Source: an uncultured Chloroflexia bacterium
GTDB lineage: Bacteria; Chloroflexota; Anaerolineae; B4-G1; SLSP01
NCBI GenBank assembly: GCA_963751345.1
Contig: CAVVUS010000010.1
Span: forward strand, 1 to 64,000
DNA length: 64,000 bases
Reading direction: 5' to 3'
Within the stretch, counting starts at the first letter, position 1; every line of letters begins with the position of its first letter. The position numbers were made by a program, and so were the translations under genes. The notes under the pieces are model-generated. The model worked only from the letters and a program-made list of their open reading frames with translations, ran no database searches and was not told the DNA's origin. Shown here piece by piece: positions 43,472 to 53,769 of this stretch.

Positions 43472-44965
43472 ATGAGCGAATCGGGGAGACAGACAATGGG
43501 CGGGGGATCACCCCACCTTCTGATCCGGGGCGGTACAGTCGTAACGCCTGAAGCTATGTATGCAGCGGATGTGTTGATTGGTGGCGAAACGATCCAGGCC
43601 ATCGGCACGCATCTTCCGGTGTCGGCAGGCGTCGAGGTCGTCGATGCCGGCGGCCTGTTAATACTGCCGGGCCTGGTTGATGCGCACACGCATATTCAGC
43701 TCGACACGGGGCTCTACAAGACGGCCGACACGTGGGCGGAGGGCAGCCGTGCCGCCGCATTTGGCGGCATCACGAGCGTGGTGGATTTTGCGACTCAGAA
43801 GTCGTCCGCGACTCAGACGGCGTCTGCGACTCAGACGTCGTCGGCGCTTCCCCGCTCATCCGGAGTGAGTGGGGAAGGCCGGGGCGTCCACTCGACCTTC
43901 GAGCAGGCGCTGGAGGAGCGGCTGGACGAAGCTGCGGTGTCGTCCATCGACTATGCATTCCATATGATGGTCACGGACCTGCCTCCGGGGCAGGAGGAGG
44001 AACTCGGCATCCTGCCCGAACTCGGCGTCCAGAGCATCAAGCTCTACACGACCTACCGGCCGATCTACTACGCGGACGACGCCACGGTGCTCCGTTGGTT
44101 CGAGGCCGCCGCCAGATACGGCCTGATCAGCCTCGTGCACTGTGAGAATGACTCGCTCGTGACCGCGCAGACGGCAGCGCTCGTCGCCGCAGGGCGTACG
44201 GGCTGGGCCTATCACGGGGCTTCCCGTCCGCTCCTGGCCGAACAGGAGGCTACGTCGCGAGTTCTTCTCCTTGCCGGGGCAGCGGGCGCGCCCGTGGTGA
44301 TCGCCCACGCTTCCACGGGGCGGACCGTTGAGATGGTGGCCACGGCACGAGCGTCGGGCCAGGTTGCGTTTACGGAGACTACGCCCCAATACCTGCTGCT
44401 GGACAGCACCCTGTATGAGGGAAACGAGCCCTGGCGTTACGTCCTCCAGCCGCCCCTTCGCCCGCCTGCAGAGAGCGAGGCGCTCTGGTCTCTCGTCTCT
44501 GACGGGCAGGTAGATATGGTTGTCACGGATCACTGCGACTACAAGCGGGCGCAGAAGCTCGCTATGAATGATTTCACCAAGACGCCGGGTGGGTTGCCGG
44601 GGACGGAGACCTCACTGCTGCTGATGGCCACCTATGGCGTGTCGGCCGGACGCCTCGAATGGACCGATCTCGTCCGCCTGATGGCAGCTAACCCGGCGCA
44701 GATCTATAATCTTTGGCCGCGAAAGGGCGCCCTGATGCCGGGATCCGACGCCGATCTGGTCCTCTTCGACCCGGCCTTTGAGGGTGTGATTGACGCTGAG
44801 GAGCTGCACATGGTGGCCGGCTATAGCCCATTCGAGGGGATGCCGGTCCAGGGACGAGTGGTCAGTACCCTCCGCCGGGGTGAGTTCCTGGTGCGAGATG
44901 GTTCATATGTAGCCCGTCCGGGAAGCGGCGCGTTTATCCGACGCGACCCGCGGTTCTGGGAATAG
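43472..44965 (+). CDS. dihydropyrimidinase/hydantoinase-like cyclic amidohydrolase
   Basis: 'PGLVDAHTH', 'GGITSVVDF', 'VHCEN', 'TDHC', 'PGGLPG', 'GSDADLV', 'YSPFEG'. Confidence 0.85.
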   Translation: MSESGRQTMGGGSPHLLIRGGTVVTPEAMYAADVLIGGETIQAIGTHLPVSAGVEVVDAGGLLILPGLVDAHTHIQLDTGLYKTADTWAEGSRAAAFGGITSVVDFATQKSSATQTASATQTSSALPRSSGVSGEGRGVHSTFEQALEERLDEAAVSSIDYAFHMMVTDLPPGQEEELGILPELGVQSIKLYTTYRPIYYADDATVLRWFEAAARYGLISLVHCENDSLVTAQTAALVAAGRTGWAYHGASRPLLAEQEATSRVLLLAGAAGAPVVIAHASTGRTVEMVATARASGQVAFTETTPQYLLLDSTLYEGNEPWRYVLQPPLRPPAESEALWSLVSDGQVDMVVTDHCDYKRAQKLAMNDFTKTPGGLPGTETSLLLMATYGVSAGRLEWTDLVRLMAANPAQIYNLWPRKGALMPGSDADLVLFDPAFEGVIDAEELHMVAGYSPFEGMPVQGRVVSTLRRGEFLVRDGSYVARPGSGAFIRRDPRFWE

Positions 44966-44979
44966 ATAGGTCCGGCACG

Positions 44980-45691
44980 ATGGACATTGTCTGGGTGCTT
45001 CTGGGGATCGTGATGGGGGTTGCCATCTCCGCTTGGCTCTTTCGAACGCGTGATCGTGCTCAGCGCGAGAATCTGCATGCCGATCTCGCCACGGCAGAGC
45101 AGCGAATTGCTGCAACCTACGCCGCGCGAGCGGAGACCGAGCAGGCGCGGATCGTGCGCGCCTACGAGACCAGGATGCGCGATCTACAGGATCAGCATCG
45201 TGTCGATGTGGCGCAGGCCCGTATGAACACGGTGAATCGCAGTCGCGCCGTGCTCAAGGGCAAGATGGCGGAGCAGGTCGCGCCATTGCTTCCCGGTTTC
45301 GCCTACTGGCCATCCGACGCTCGATTTCTCGGCGATCCGATCGACTATGTGGTCTTTGATGGCTACAGCGACTGCAAGGACAACCACACGGATGGGCGCG
45401 ACATCGAGGTGGTCATGTCTGGATATCAAGCACGGCAAGTCTATGTTGACGCGCGAACAACGTCGCATCGCAGATGCCGTGGCCGAAGGTCGGGTGCGCT
45501 TTGAGGTGGTGAGGATCTTCGCTGATGGTACGGTGAGATCGCGGGTATGGCGCCCGCAGACCCTGCTCGCCTCCCCGTCGGGACCTACGCTTGGGCAATC
45601 CACCATGTGGTGGAAGGCTCATGGGGAGGTTGGGGAGGGCGAAGAATCAGGGGTAGACGATGATGGTCCGCCCGGTCTTGCGACCGAGTAG
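44980..45691 (+). CDS. membrane-anchored Holliday-junction-resolvase-like PD-(D/E)XK endonuclease (frameshift near 45415)
   Basis: N-terminal TM and coiled coil; 'SRAVLKGKMAEQVAP', 'RFLGDPIDYVVFDG', 'DIK.G...LTREQRRI...V..GRV'. Confidence 0.75.
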
Positions 45692-45706
45692 TTGAGGAGA
45701 CTTTCG

Positions 45707-46747
45707 ATGAGGGATATCATCCCGGATCTAAGACGTTGGCAGGAAGCGGGAAAGACCCGCATTGCACTGGCCACGATCCTGGAGACCCAGGGATCCTCCC
45801 TGCGTCCGCCGGGAACGCGTATGGCCATCACGGCCGAGGGGGATGTGGCGGGATCCGTGAGCAGTGGCTGTGTGGATGGCGATGTGATCGCCGAGATGGA
45901 GGCGGTCCTGACGGGCAACGTGTCGATACGGCGTCCGTCCTACGGTATCAGCGACGAACAAGCCTGGGATGTGGGACTCTCCTGTGGTGGCGCGATCGAC
46001 TTGATGGTCGAGCGTTGGAGTGACCTGTACGGCGTGCTGATGGAGGAGATCGAGGCCAAGCACGCAGTTGGTTTTGCTTCTCGGACTGATCGTCCGGTGC
46101 ACCTGCTCCACCGGCTTGACGGCGAGACCCTGGGAAGCCTCGGGAATGCGGACCTGGACGGCCAGGTGCTGATGGACATCGCCGCAGCTTGGCCGGGTCC
46201 CTATACCAAGAGACACACGTATCCCCAGGGAGAGGTGTTGATCGAGGTGATCCCACCGCCGCCCGTACTGCTGATCTTCGGAGCCACCGATATCGCGATA
46301 CCCCTCGCCGAGATCGCGCGGGTGACCGGCTTCGAGGTAGTCGTGAGTGATGCCCGGCGTACGTTCGCCCGTGAAGAACGCTTTCCCGGTGCGGACCTCC
46401 GCATCGGTTGGCCCGAGGATGTTTTCAGTGCGGAGGATTTCGGCCCCGGATGGGCAATTGTGGTGCTCTTCCACGATCCGAAATTCGATATCCCGGCGCT
46501 GACCCTTGCACTGCGGAGCGAGGCGTTCTATATCGGCTTCCTGGGCAGTCGAAAGACCCAGGCCGACCGGCGTGAGGACTTGATCAAGGCCGGGTTCAAA
46601 GAGAGCGATATCGCGCGGATTCACGGCCCCGTGGGGCTGGACATCGGTGGCAAGGCGCCGTCCCTGATTGCGTTGTCGATCATAGCCGAGGTTGTTGCCG
46701 TGCGGCATCGACGCCGGGGCGGGTCTATGGCCGAGCGACATGCTTAA
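45707..46747 (+). CDS. xdhC: XdhC/CoxI family molybdoenzyme maturation factor
   Basis: 'GSVSSGCVD', 'GLSCGG', 'HDPKFD', 'YIGFLGSRK', 'GPVGLDIG'. Confidence 0.88.
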   Translation: MRDIIPDLRRWQEAGKTRIALATILETQGSSLRPPGTRMAITAEGDVAGSVSSGCVDGDVIAEMEAVLTGNVSIRRPSYGISDEQAWDVGLSCGGAIDLMVERWSDLYGVLMEEIEAKHAVGFASRTDRPVHLLHRLDGETLGSLGNADLDGQVLMDIAAAWPGPYTKRHTYPQGEVLIEVIPPPPVLLIFGATDIAIPLAEIARVTGFEVVVSDARRTFAREERFPGADLRIGWPEDVFSAEDFGPGWAIVVLFHDPKFDIPALTLALRSEAFYIGFLGSRKTQADRREDLIKAGFKESDIARIHGPVGLDIGGKAPSLIALSIIAEVVAVRHRRRGGSMAERHA

Positions 46748-46809
46748 GCGCAGGTTGAGCGTGAGTGATGGTCGTGGCCTTGCGCTATCGACGAATGGAG
46801 AGGTGGACT

Positions 46810-47397
46810 GTGGCTGACGACCAGAAACAAGCGCGGCTTCCCAAGCCCGTGCCGGCGGAGCGTTTTCATCCTTCGGGCGAGGATGCCGGCGCATGGGCCA
46901 ACATCAACCGCGCCCCTCATGATCGTGTCTCGGGCGTGGTCTACAAACGCGCGGTGAATATTGCTTCGGTACGATACGAGCCCTTCCCCTTCCCCGGCCC
47001 GCTTCCGAAGGGGGAGGGTGCTGTTGACGTGAGGTGGCTCTTCAGCGAACACCCCGGCACCGAAGAGGATCTGTTGGCCGGGCGCCCCTTTAGTTACCTG
47101 CAGGATCTTACGTTGAGTCCGGGTGCTCGTACCGGAGAGCAGGCTCATTCAGGGCTCGATATGCTCATCTATGTCATCGAGGGTGGTGGCGATCTGCTCC
47201 ACCGACCTACGGCGGGCAGCCCCATCTTTTCGCGCCCGCTGCGCCCGGGCGACGCCGCGCTGGTCGCAGGCGGCGAGCTTTACAGCGTGTCAAATACCCA
47301 TAGCCGTTCATCATTGCGGCTGATGGTCCTTGCCCTGCAGGCGGAGGGCCCACGACAGGCAGATGGTGCGCCGGGGACGTCGAGTACCGGTGGCTAA
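46810..47397 (+). CDS. cupin domain protein (degenerate metal site)
   Basis: 'LSPGARTGEQAH...IYVIEGGG...LRPGD...GELYSVSN'. Confidence 0.6.
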   Translation: MADDQKQARLPKPVPAERFHPSGEDAGAWANINRAPHDRVSGVVYKRAVNIASVRYEPFPFPGPLPKGEGAVDVRWLFSEHPGTEEDLLAGRPFSYLQDLTLSPGARTGEQAHSGLDMLIYVIEGGGDLLHRPTAGSPIFSRPLRPGDAALVAGGELYSVSNTHSRSSLRLMVLALQAEGPRQADGAPGTSSTGG

Positions 47398-48685
47398 GCA
47401 GATCGTGGTGGTGGGCGCCGGTGCTTCCGGGTTGATAGCCGCAGGGCGCGCGGCGGAGCTCGGGGCCAAGGTCATCTTGCTGGACAAGATGGATGAGGCG
47501 GGCAAGAAGATTCTCGTCAGTGGCAAATCGCGGTGCAACATCACCAATGCGGCGCCTCTGCGTGAGTTCCTCACCTACTATGGGCGCAACGGACGGTTCC
47601 TGACCAACGCCTTCCATCGCTTCTTCAGGGATGATCTGCTGGCGTTGCTGAGCCGGTACGGCGTCGAGACCCAGACGGAGCGGGGTGGTCGTATTTTCCC
47701 CGTCTCGGGGCAGGCCTCCGATGTGCGTGATGCCCTCCTCCGCTATGTCCGGGACAACGGCGCCGAGATCCGCTATCTAAGCGAGGTGCACGAGGTCGTG
47801 ACCACCGGCGGCGCTCGCCCGGACGAGCGCCAGGTCCAGGGCGTCGTGCTTTCCAAGGGCACCCAACTGCCCGCCGATGCCGTGATCCTCTCTACCGGTG
47901 GAGCCTCCTGGCCGGATACCGGATCGACCGGCTACGGTTACGTGATGGCTCGCGCGTTGGGGCACACCATCGAGCCCCTACACGCAGCTTTGGTGCCGCT
48001 GACCGTGGTCGAGCGGGCGACGGCAAGGGCTCTCCAGGGTGTGAGCCTACGGAACGTGCGGTGCACGTTCTGGGTGCACGATACGAAGGGTCGTGATCGT
48101 CCCCTCCGGATTCCCTATCCGATGCCCGATACGGGCGAGATGCTTTTCACCCACTTCGGGGTGTCGGGGCCGCTGATCCTTTCTGCATCGCTCGCCGTCG
48201 TGGATGCGTTGAGAGCCGGAAACAAGATAACGCTGTCGATCGACCTCAAGCCGGGGATGACGGACGACGAAGTCCATAGACGTCTTCAGCGTGAGTTTGA
48301 GGAGCATCCGCATCAACATCTCCCTGCCCTGCTCCAGGGGTGGGTCCCGGGAAGCCTGGCGGACGTGCTTGCCGACCTGAGCCCTATCGAGGAGGAGCGC
48401 CAAGTGCACCAGATCCTGTCCGAGGAGCGCGCTACGTTGGTCGCGCTGATCAAGGATTTCCGCTGGACGATCTCCGGTTCGCTGCCGATTGCAGCGGGCA
48501 TGGTCACGGCAGGGGGGGTAGCGCTCAAGGAGGTCGATCCCATCACGTTTGAGTCCCGGCTAGTTGGGGGTCTCTACGTCGTGGGAGAGCTCCTGGACCT
48601 CGCCGCCGATACCGGCGGATTCAACTTGCAGGCGGCGTTCAGCAGCGGCTATCTTGCGGGCAGCGATGCGGCACGTGCCACGTGA
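47390..48685 (+). CDS. HI0933/BaiN family flavoprotein
   Basis: 'GAGASG', 'GKKILVSGKSRCN', 'GRIFP', 'LFTHFGVSGP', 'GGFNLQAAFSSG'. Confidence 0.9.
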   Translation: MAKQIVVVGAGASGLIAAGRAAELGAKVILLDKMDEAGKKILVSGKSRCNITNAAPLREFLTYYGRNGRFLTNAFHRFFRDDLLALLSRYGVETQTERGGRIFPVSGQASDVRDALLRYVRDNGAEIRYLSEVHEVVTTGGARPDERQVQGVVLSKGTQLPADAVILSTGGASWPDTGSTGYGYVMARALGHTIEPLHAALVPLTVVERATARALQGVSLRNVRCTFWVHDTKGRDRPLRIPYPMPDTGEMLFTHFGVSGPLILSASLAVVDALRAGNKITLSIDLKPGMTDDEVHRRLQREFEEHPHQHLPALLQGWVPGSLADVLADLSPIEEERQVHQILSEERATLVALIKDFRWTISGSLPIAAGMVTAGGVALKEVDPITFESRLVGGLYVVGELLDLAADTGGFNLQAAFSSGYLAGSDAARAT

Positions 48686-48827
48686 CGAGTAGATCGTAAC
48701 CCGAAGGCTTAGCCTCCCACGAGTCACGAGTGATCGGAGTCGTTCACCGTGATTCGTTCTGCCCGTTCTTTGACAATTCCTTACCTGAGAGTATGCTCTG
48801 GTCACCGTCAACCTCAGAGGATGTCCG

Positions 48828-49745
48828 ATGACCATGCCGGCTGAACGTCCGTATATTGCGATCGAGGGTGTCATTGGTGTGGGCAAGACCACCCTGGCAC
48901 GACTGCTACAATCTCGTTTCGGGTCTCGCGATCGTATGGCGGCTGAGACGATCCTCGAAGCCTTTGACGAGAACCCGTTCCTCTCGGATTTCTATGGTGA
49001 CCGCGCCCGCTATGCATTCCAGACGCAGATCTTCTTCCTGCTTAGCCGGTATCGCCAGCAGCAGCGTGCACCGGAGCTGCTCAAGCAGGGCGCGTTGCTG
49101 TCCGACTACATCTTTGACAAAGACAAGCTCTTCGCCCATCTGAACATCCGGGGGGAAGACGAGCTGGAGATGTACGACCGGCTCTATGAGGCGCTTGCCG
49201 AGAAGGTGCATCCCCCGGACCTGGTTGTCTATCTGCGCGCTAAGGTCGATACACTGATGGCACGCATTGCGATGCGTGATCGCACATACGAGCGCCAGAT
49301 GGACCGCAACTATATCGCTGCGCTGCGGCAAGGATACGAGCACCTCTTCGCCGACTATGAGGCGGTGCCGCTTCTGGTCATTGAGTCCGATGCCCTGGAT
49401 TTCGTACAGAGCCCAAATGACCTCGATGCCATTGAGCAGCAAATACGCTCGATGTTGGCCGGCGTCCGACAGCCGATGCTGCCCACAATCTCGATCTCAC
49501 AGCCGCAGAGCCCGGCCTGGCGGCTGGTCCCGACATCGTCAGCCGAACCGCATACGGAGGCAAACTGGCAGGCACTCGGCGATTTCCTGGCTCTGGCCGA
49601 GTCGGTAGGGCGGGTGGGCGGCGCCCTGGCCCAGCAACCTCCCGTCGGTCCCGACGGCGCGCCCGCGGTGATTCGCACGGCCTTGGAGGATGCGCATCAC
49701 GCTTTGCAGGTTCTGGCGCGGCGCACGGGCATCCAACTCGAATGA
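48828..49745 (+). CDS. deoxynucleoside kinase with C-terminal MazG-like helical extension
   Basis: 'IEGVIGVGKTT', 'ENPFL..FY', 'FQTQIFFLLSR', 'RI..RDR.YE'. Confidence 0.85.
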   Translation: MTMPAERPYIAIEGVIGVGKTTLARLLQSRFGSRDRMAAETILEAFDENPFLSDFYGDRARYAFQTQIFFLLSRYRQQQRAPELLKQGALLSDYIFDKDKLFAHLNIRGEDELEMYDRLYEALAEKVHPPDLVVYLRAKVDTLMARIAMRDRTYERQMDRNYIAALRQGYEHLFADYEAVPLLVIESDALDFVQSPNDLDAIEQQIRSMLAGVRQPMLPTISISQPQSPAWRLVPTSSAEPHTEANWQALGDFLALAESVGRVGGALAQQPPVGPDGAPAVIRTALEDAHHALQVLARRTGIQLE

Positions 49746-49799
49746 TCTGTCCGAAACCTTCGCAAGGTTCGGTGCGGGTAAGCCTGAAAGGGAGCAGCT

Positions 49800-50453
49800 G
49801 TGACCAAGTACTTCATTGCTGTGGCGGGTAGCATCGGCGTCGGCAAGTCGACGCTCACATCGCTCTTGAGCCAGCGCCTCAAGTGGGAGCCTTTTCTGGA
49901 AGGGGTAGGGGACAACCCTTACCTCGCAGATTTCTACGAGGATATGGAGAAATGGAGCTTCCATTCCCAGGTGTTCTTTCTGGCGAGACGGCTGCTGCAC
50001 CATCGACAGCTTCTGGAACGTCCAAACTCCGTGATACAGGATCGGACTGTCTACGAGGATGCCGAGATCTTCGCCCGCAACCTCTATATGCAAGGGGCGA
50101 TGAGCGAGCGTGACTATGCGACCTATTCAGAGCTCTACCGCGCCGTGACCTCCATCCTACCGCCGCCGAATCTCGTCATCTATCTACGTGCCTCCGTGGC
50201 CACCTTGCAGTCGCGGATCCGGTTGCGTGGGCGAAACTACGAGCGCCAGATCAGCGATGATTATCTGCAGCAGTTGAACCGGCTCTACGAAGACTGGTTC
50301 GATCATTTCTCGCTCTGTCCGGTCTTGACGGTTCCTGCAGACCGGCTCGACTTTGTCGCTAATCCTGATCACCTTGACTTGGTGACCGATCGAATTCTGG
50401 AACGTCTTCGCGGTAAGGAAGTCGTCCAGCTCAGCGATACAGGCCAAGCATGA
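49800..50453 (+). CDS. deoxynucleoside kinase
   Basis: 'AGSIGVGKST', 'NPYLADFY', 'QDRTVYED', 'RGRNYE'. Confidence 0.9.
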   Translation: MTKYFIAVAGSIGVGKSTLTSLLSQRLKWEPFLEGVGDNPYLADFYEDMEKWSFHSQVFFLARRLLHHRQLLERPNSVIQDRTVYEDAEIFARNLYMQGAMSERDYATYSELYRAVTSILPPPNLVIYLRASVATLQSRIRLRGRNYERQISDDYLQQLNRLYEDWFDHFSLCPVLTVPADRLDFVANPDHLDLVTDRILERLRGKEVVQLSDTGQA

Positions 50454-51548
50454 ACTACGAACGGTTTTTCGAGGCATACCCCGACGCTGTCGTTGTGCTT
50501 GACCACGAAGGGCGGATTCTCCATGCGAACCACGCTGCTCAGGCACTCCTGGGAGTGCCTGTACCGGCTCGCGCTGAGGAGCCTGTCACCATAGATTTGG
50601 CCAAGCTTGGCATCGTTGAGGAAGACTTCGAGGAGCTCCGCCGGAAAACCTTGGATGGGAGTGCGCTCGCTTGGGAGTTCGAGTCACCGAGGGCCGAGGG
50701 GGAGGCGCAGCTCTGGCTGCAGGCGAGGTTCTCTCCTTTGGTCGATGACATCGTCGCGGCCGACTACCTACCTGTGGACAGGGCACGACATCACGGATCG
50801 GGTCGACCTGGAGCGGAGACGTCAGGATTTTGTCTATATGATCGTTCACGATCTACGGGTCCCTCTGGGGAATATCCAGAACAGCCTGGATCTCGTGCTC
50901 TCCGCATGGCGCGAGCGGGACCTAACCATCCCGGTCGAACAGATTCTGATCATCGGGCTGCGCAGCACCCGCAAAATGGAGCTGCTGGTGAGCGATATTC
51001 TGGACGTTGCCCGCCTCCAATCCAACCAGCGGACCCTGGCCGTGGCCGAGATTGATGTAGTTGGTATGGTAAGAGAGGCCGTTGAGGCGGTCACGTCGAC
51101 TGCCAATCGGCATGGCCACACGATAAGCGTTGACACGCCCCCCGATTTGCCGACCTTGGATGGGGATCCGGATCTATTGACACGCATCCTCGTGAACCTG
51201 CTCTCCAATGCGGTCAAGTATGTGCAGGATGGCGGCAGGATCGCCGTGGGTGTCCAGGCTGACGATGAGGTCTTCCGGTTTAGCGTCATCGACAACGGGC
51301 CAGGTATCCCGCCTGAGAGCCAGGATTACGTCTTTGAGCTCTTTTCCCGGGGACAGTCGAAGCGTGTGTCGGGCGCAGGCATTGGCCTGGCCTTCTGCAA
51401 GCTGGCTGTGAATGCGCATGGGGGGCGGATTTGGGTGGAGAGTGAGCTGGGGGCGGGCTGCTCATTCTATTTCACGATCCCCCGTGTCCTCCCGGGAGAT
51501 GCCGTCTATGCCGCAGACTATTACGGAAACCGGGGGCTCGAGGCATGA
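50450..51548 (+). CDS. PAS domain sensor histidine kinase (frameshift near 50765)
   Basis: PAS 'PDAVVVLD..GRI..AN'; 'VHDLRVPL', 'NLLSNAVKY', 'DNGPG', 'GAGIGL'. Confidence 0.85.
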
Positions 51549-52819
51549 CGCTGCGGCTCTACTATCGAGATGCAAAGCTGCTGGAGTTTACGGCTCAGAT
51601 TCTTGAGCGGAAGATGATGCAGGTCCAGGAGGCGCATCTGCAGGAGCAGAGCGAGTTTCTGCCCGCGGTGCGGCTCGATCAAACCGCATTCTATCCGACG
51701 TCCGGCGGCCAGCCCTATGACACCGGGTCGCTCGGTGGTGTGCCGGTCGTCGAGGTGCAGGAGGATGACGGTGGCGAGATCTGGCATCTGCTTGCACGAT
51801 CGCTTGACACGTCAGGCCCGGTAGTGGGTCATGTTGATTGGCCACGCAGGTTTGATCATATGCAGCAGCACTCCGGACAGCATCTGCTTTCTGCCGGCCT
51901 TGAAGATCACCTCTCCGCTCACACAATTGGTTTCCACCTCGGAAGTGAAGTCAGCACGATTGATCTTGATATTCCTGACCTGACTTGGGATCAAGCTGCC
52001 GATGTGGAGCGCGTGGTCAACACGGTTGTGTGGGAGAACCGGGCTGTCGTGATCCGGGATCTGGATCAGGCGCAGGTGGCCGATGCTGCCAATGTGCTCG
52101 GCCTGCCGCTGCGAAAGCCCCCGGCGGTGACGGGCGAGATCCGTGTGATCCTGATTGAGGGCTATGACGCCTCAGCCTGTGGCGGCACGCACGTACAGGC
52201 CACCGGAGAGATCGGGCTCACAAAGATCGTGGGTATCGAGCGACACAAGGGTGGCGTGCGCATCGACTTTCTCTGTGGGGGACGTGCGCTGCGTGCTTAC
52301 CAGCGCGATCTACAACTCCTGCGGACGTCGAGTCTGGGGCTCTCTGTGGGGCCGGTCGAGTTACCTGAGGCCATCGATCGCCTGGAGGAAGAGGTCAAGG
52401 AGGGGCGGCGTGAGTTGCGCCAGCTCCGGGCGACGCTTGCGGACTACGAAACGGAAGCACTCTGGGCTTCCGCTCCGGTGCGGGAAGGGGTGCGCGTGAT
52501 CTTGGCGCATTGGGACGATCGATCCTTCGCCGATGCACGGGCCATCGCCGGGAGATTGCGCGAGCGCCCCAGGGCGCTGATCCTGATGGCCGTAACCGAG
52601 GAGAAGGGGGTCCGGCTCGTGGTCGCCCGAAGCGATGATTTGCCGGCGTGCGACGCTGCCGCCATTCTGGGTAGCGCAATGACGTCGCTTGGCGGACGGG
52701 GTGGTGGTACGTCGAGCCTGGCACAGGGCGGTGCCCCGCCGCAGGCTGCTGTCGATATCCTGGCTGCTCTGCGACACGCGCTTGAGGAATGTGGCCTGGC
52801 CTTCGACGGGCTGGGATGA
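51545..52819 (+). CDS. AlaX-like aminoacyl-tRNA editing protein with DHHA1 domain
   Basis: 'FYPTSGGQP', 'MQQHSGQH', 'CGGTH', 'GGRGGG...AQGG'. Confidence 0.9.
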   Translation: MTLRLYYRDAKLLEFTAQILERKMMQVQEAHLQEQSEFLPAVRLDQTAFYPTSGGQPYDTGSLGGVPVVEVQEDDGGEIWHLLARSLDTSGPVVGHVDWPRRFDHMQQHSGQHLLSAGLEDHLSAHTIGFHLGSEVSTIDLDIPDLTWDQAADVERVVNTVVWENRAVVIRDLDQAQVADAANVLGLPLRKPPAVTGEIRVILIEGYDASACGGTHVQATGEIGLTKIVGIERHKGGVRIDFLCGGRALRAYQRDLQLLRTSSLGLSVGPVELPEAIDRLEEEVKEGRRELRQLRATLADYETEALWASAPVREGVRVILAHWDDRSFADARAIAGRLRERPRALILMAVTEEKGVRLVVARSDDLPACDAAAILGSAMTSLGGRGGGTSSLAQGGAPPQAAVDILAALRHALEECGLAFDGLG

Positions 52820-52873
52820 CATGAAACTTGCCTTCGCGAGTTGATCGCGTAGACTAGAATCTTGGAGGCGCCA

Positions 52874-53764
52874 ATGGAAGAAGTTGTACCCGGTCTTTTT
52901 GTAGAGTCCTCGTATGCCCCATATAATCTGGTGCTGATTCGGACCGCGCGGGGTGGCATCATGGTGGACATGCCGCCCAATCCTATGCAAGCGATGAGTT
53001 GGATCGAGCAGGCCCGCGCGATCCTTGGCGATCTGCGATATGTCGTGATGACCGATGCTCAGCGCGAGCGTCAACTGGCGACCATGCTCTGCGATGTCCC
53101 GATTGTGGCCGCCGAAGCGACCCTGCGACTGATGGATGTCTATGATGAGGAGCGACCGAGGCGAGATCTCCTCGACGACCTTGCCGGCCGTTTTCCTGAT
53201 GGGGTGGAGGCCTTCGACAATCTGCGGCCCCACAAGCCGGCCTTTGCCTTCGAAGATGCGTTCACCCTCTATTCCGGGGATCGCGTGCTCCAATTCCAGG
53301 TCGTGGATGGGGCCGCAAGGGGTAGCCTGTTGCTTCTCCTGGAGAACGAGGGTGTCCTGATTGCCGGCGATACCGTCGTGGCTGATGATGTGCCACTTAT
53401 GGCCGAAACGCTCGACTCGAAGGCGTGGCTCAATACGATGACCTCGCTGGCGCATCGACAGGACGTGCACACAGTGATTCCGGGGCGCGGGACATCGACG
53501 ATTACGCTCGGGGATCTGGAGCCACAGCGGGAGTTTATGCGCGTGATGCGACGGGCTGCCCGGACCTTGGCCCATAGGGGTGGACCGTCGCTTAGCCTTA
53601 CACAAACCGCCCAGGAGTTGGGGCAGACCTTCTTCAACCGGCAGGGCCAGAAGGCAGTCAAGAAGATCAGGGCCGGTTTGGAGAACCTGATCGCCGAGAT
53701 CGAAGCCGCCAGGGCAGCCGAGGAAGCAGCGTCGGTGGAAGAGGAATCTGGGGCGCAGCAGTAG
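52874..53764 (+). CDS. metallo-beta-lactamase fold protein lacking the metal-binding motif
   Basis: MBL scaffold ('GIMVD', 'VLIAGD', 'VIPGRG') but 'TDAQRERQ' where THxHxDH is expected. Confidence 0.6.
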   Translation: MEEVVPGLFVESSYAPYNLVLIRTARGGIMVDMPPNPMQAMSWIEQARAILGDLRYVVMTDAQRERQLATMLCDVPIVAAEATLRLMDVYDEERPRRDLLDDLAGRFPDGVEAFDNLRPHKPAFAFEDAFTLYSGDRVLQFQVVDGAARGSLLLLLENEGVLIAGDTVVADDVPLMAETLDSKAWLNTMTSLAHRQDVHTVIPGRGTSTITLGDLEPQREFMRVMRRAARTLAHRGGPSLSLTQTAQELGQTFFNRQGQKAVKKIRAGLENLIAEIEAARAAEEAASVEEESGAQQ

Positions 53765-53769
53765 CCCGC

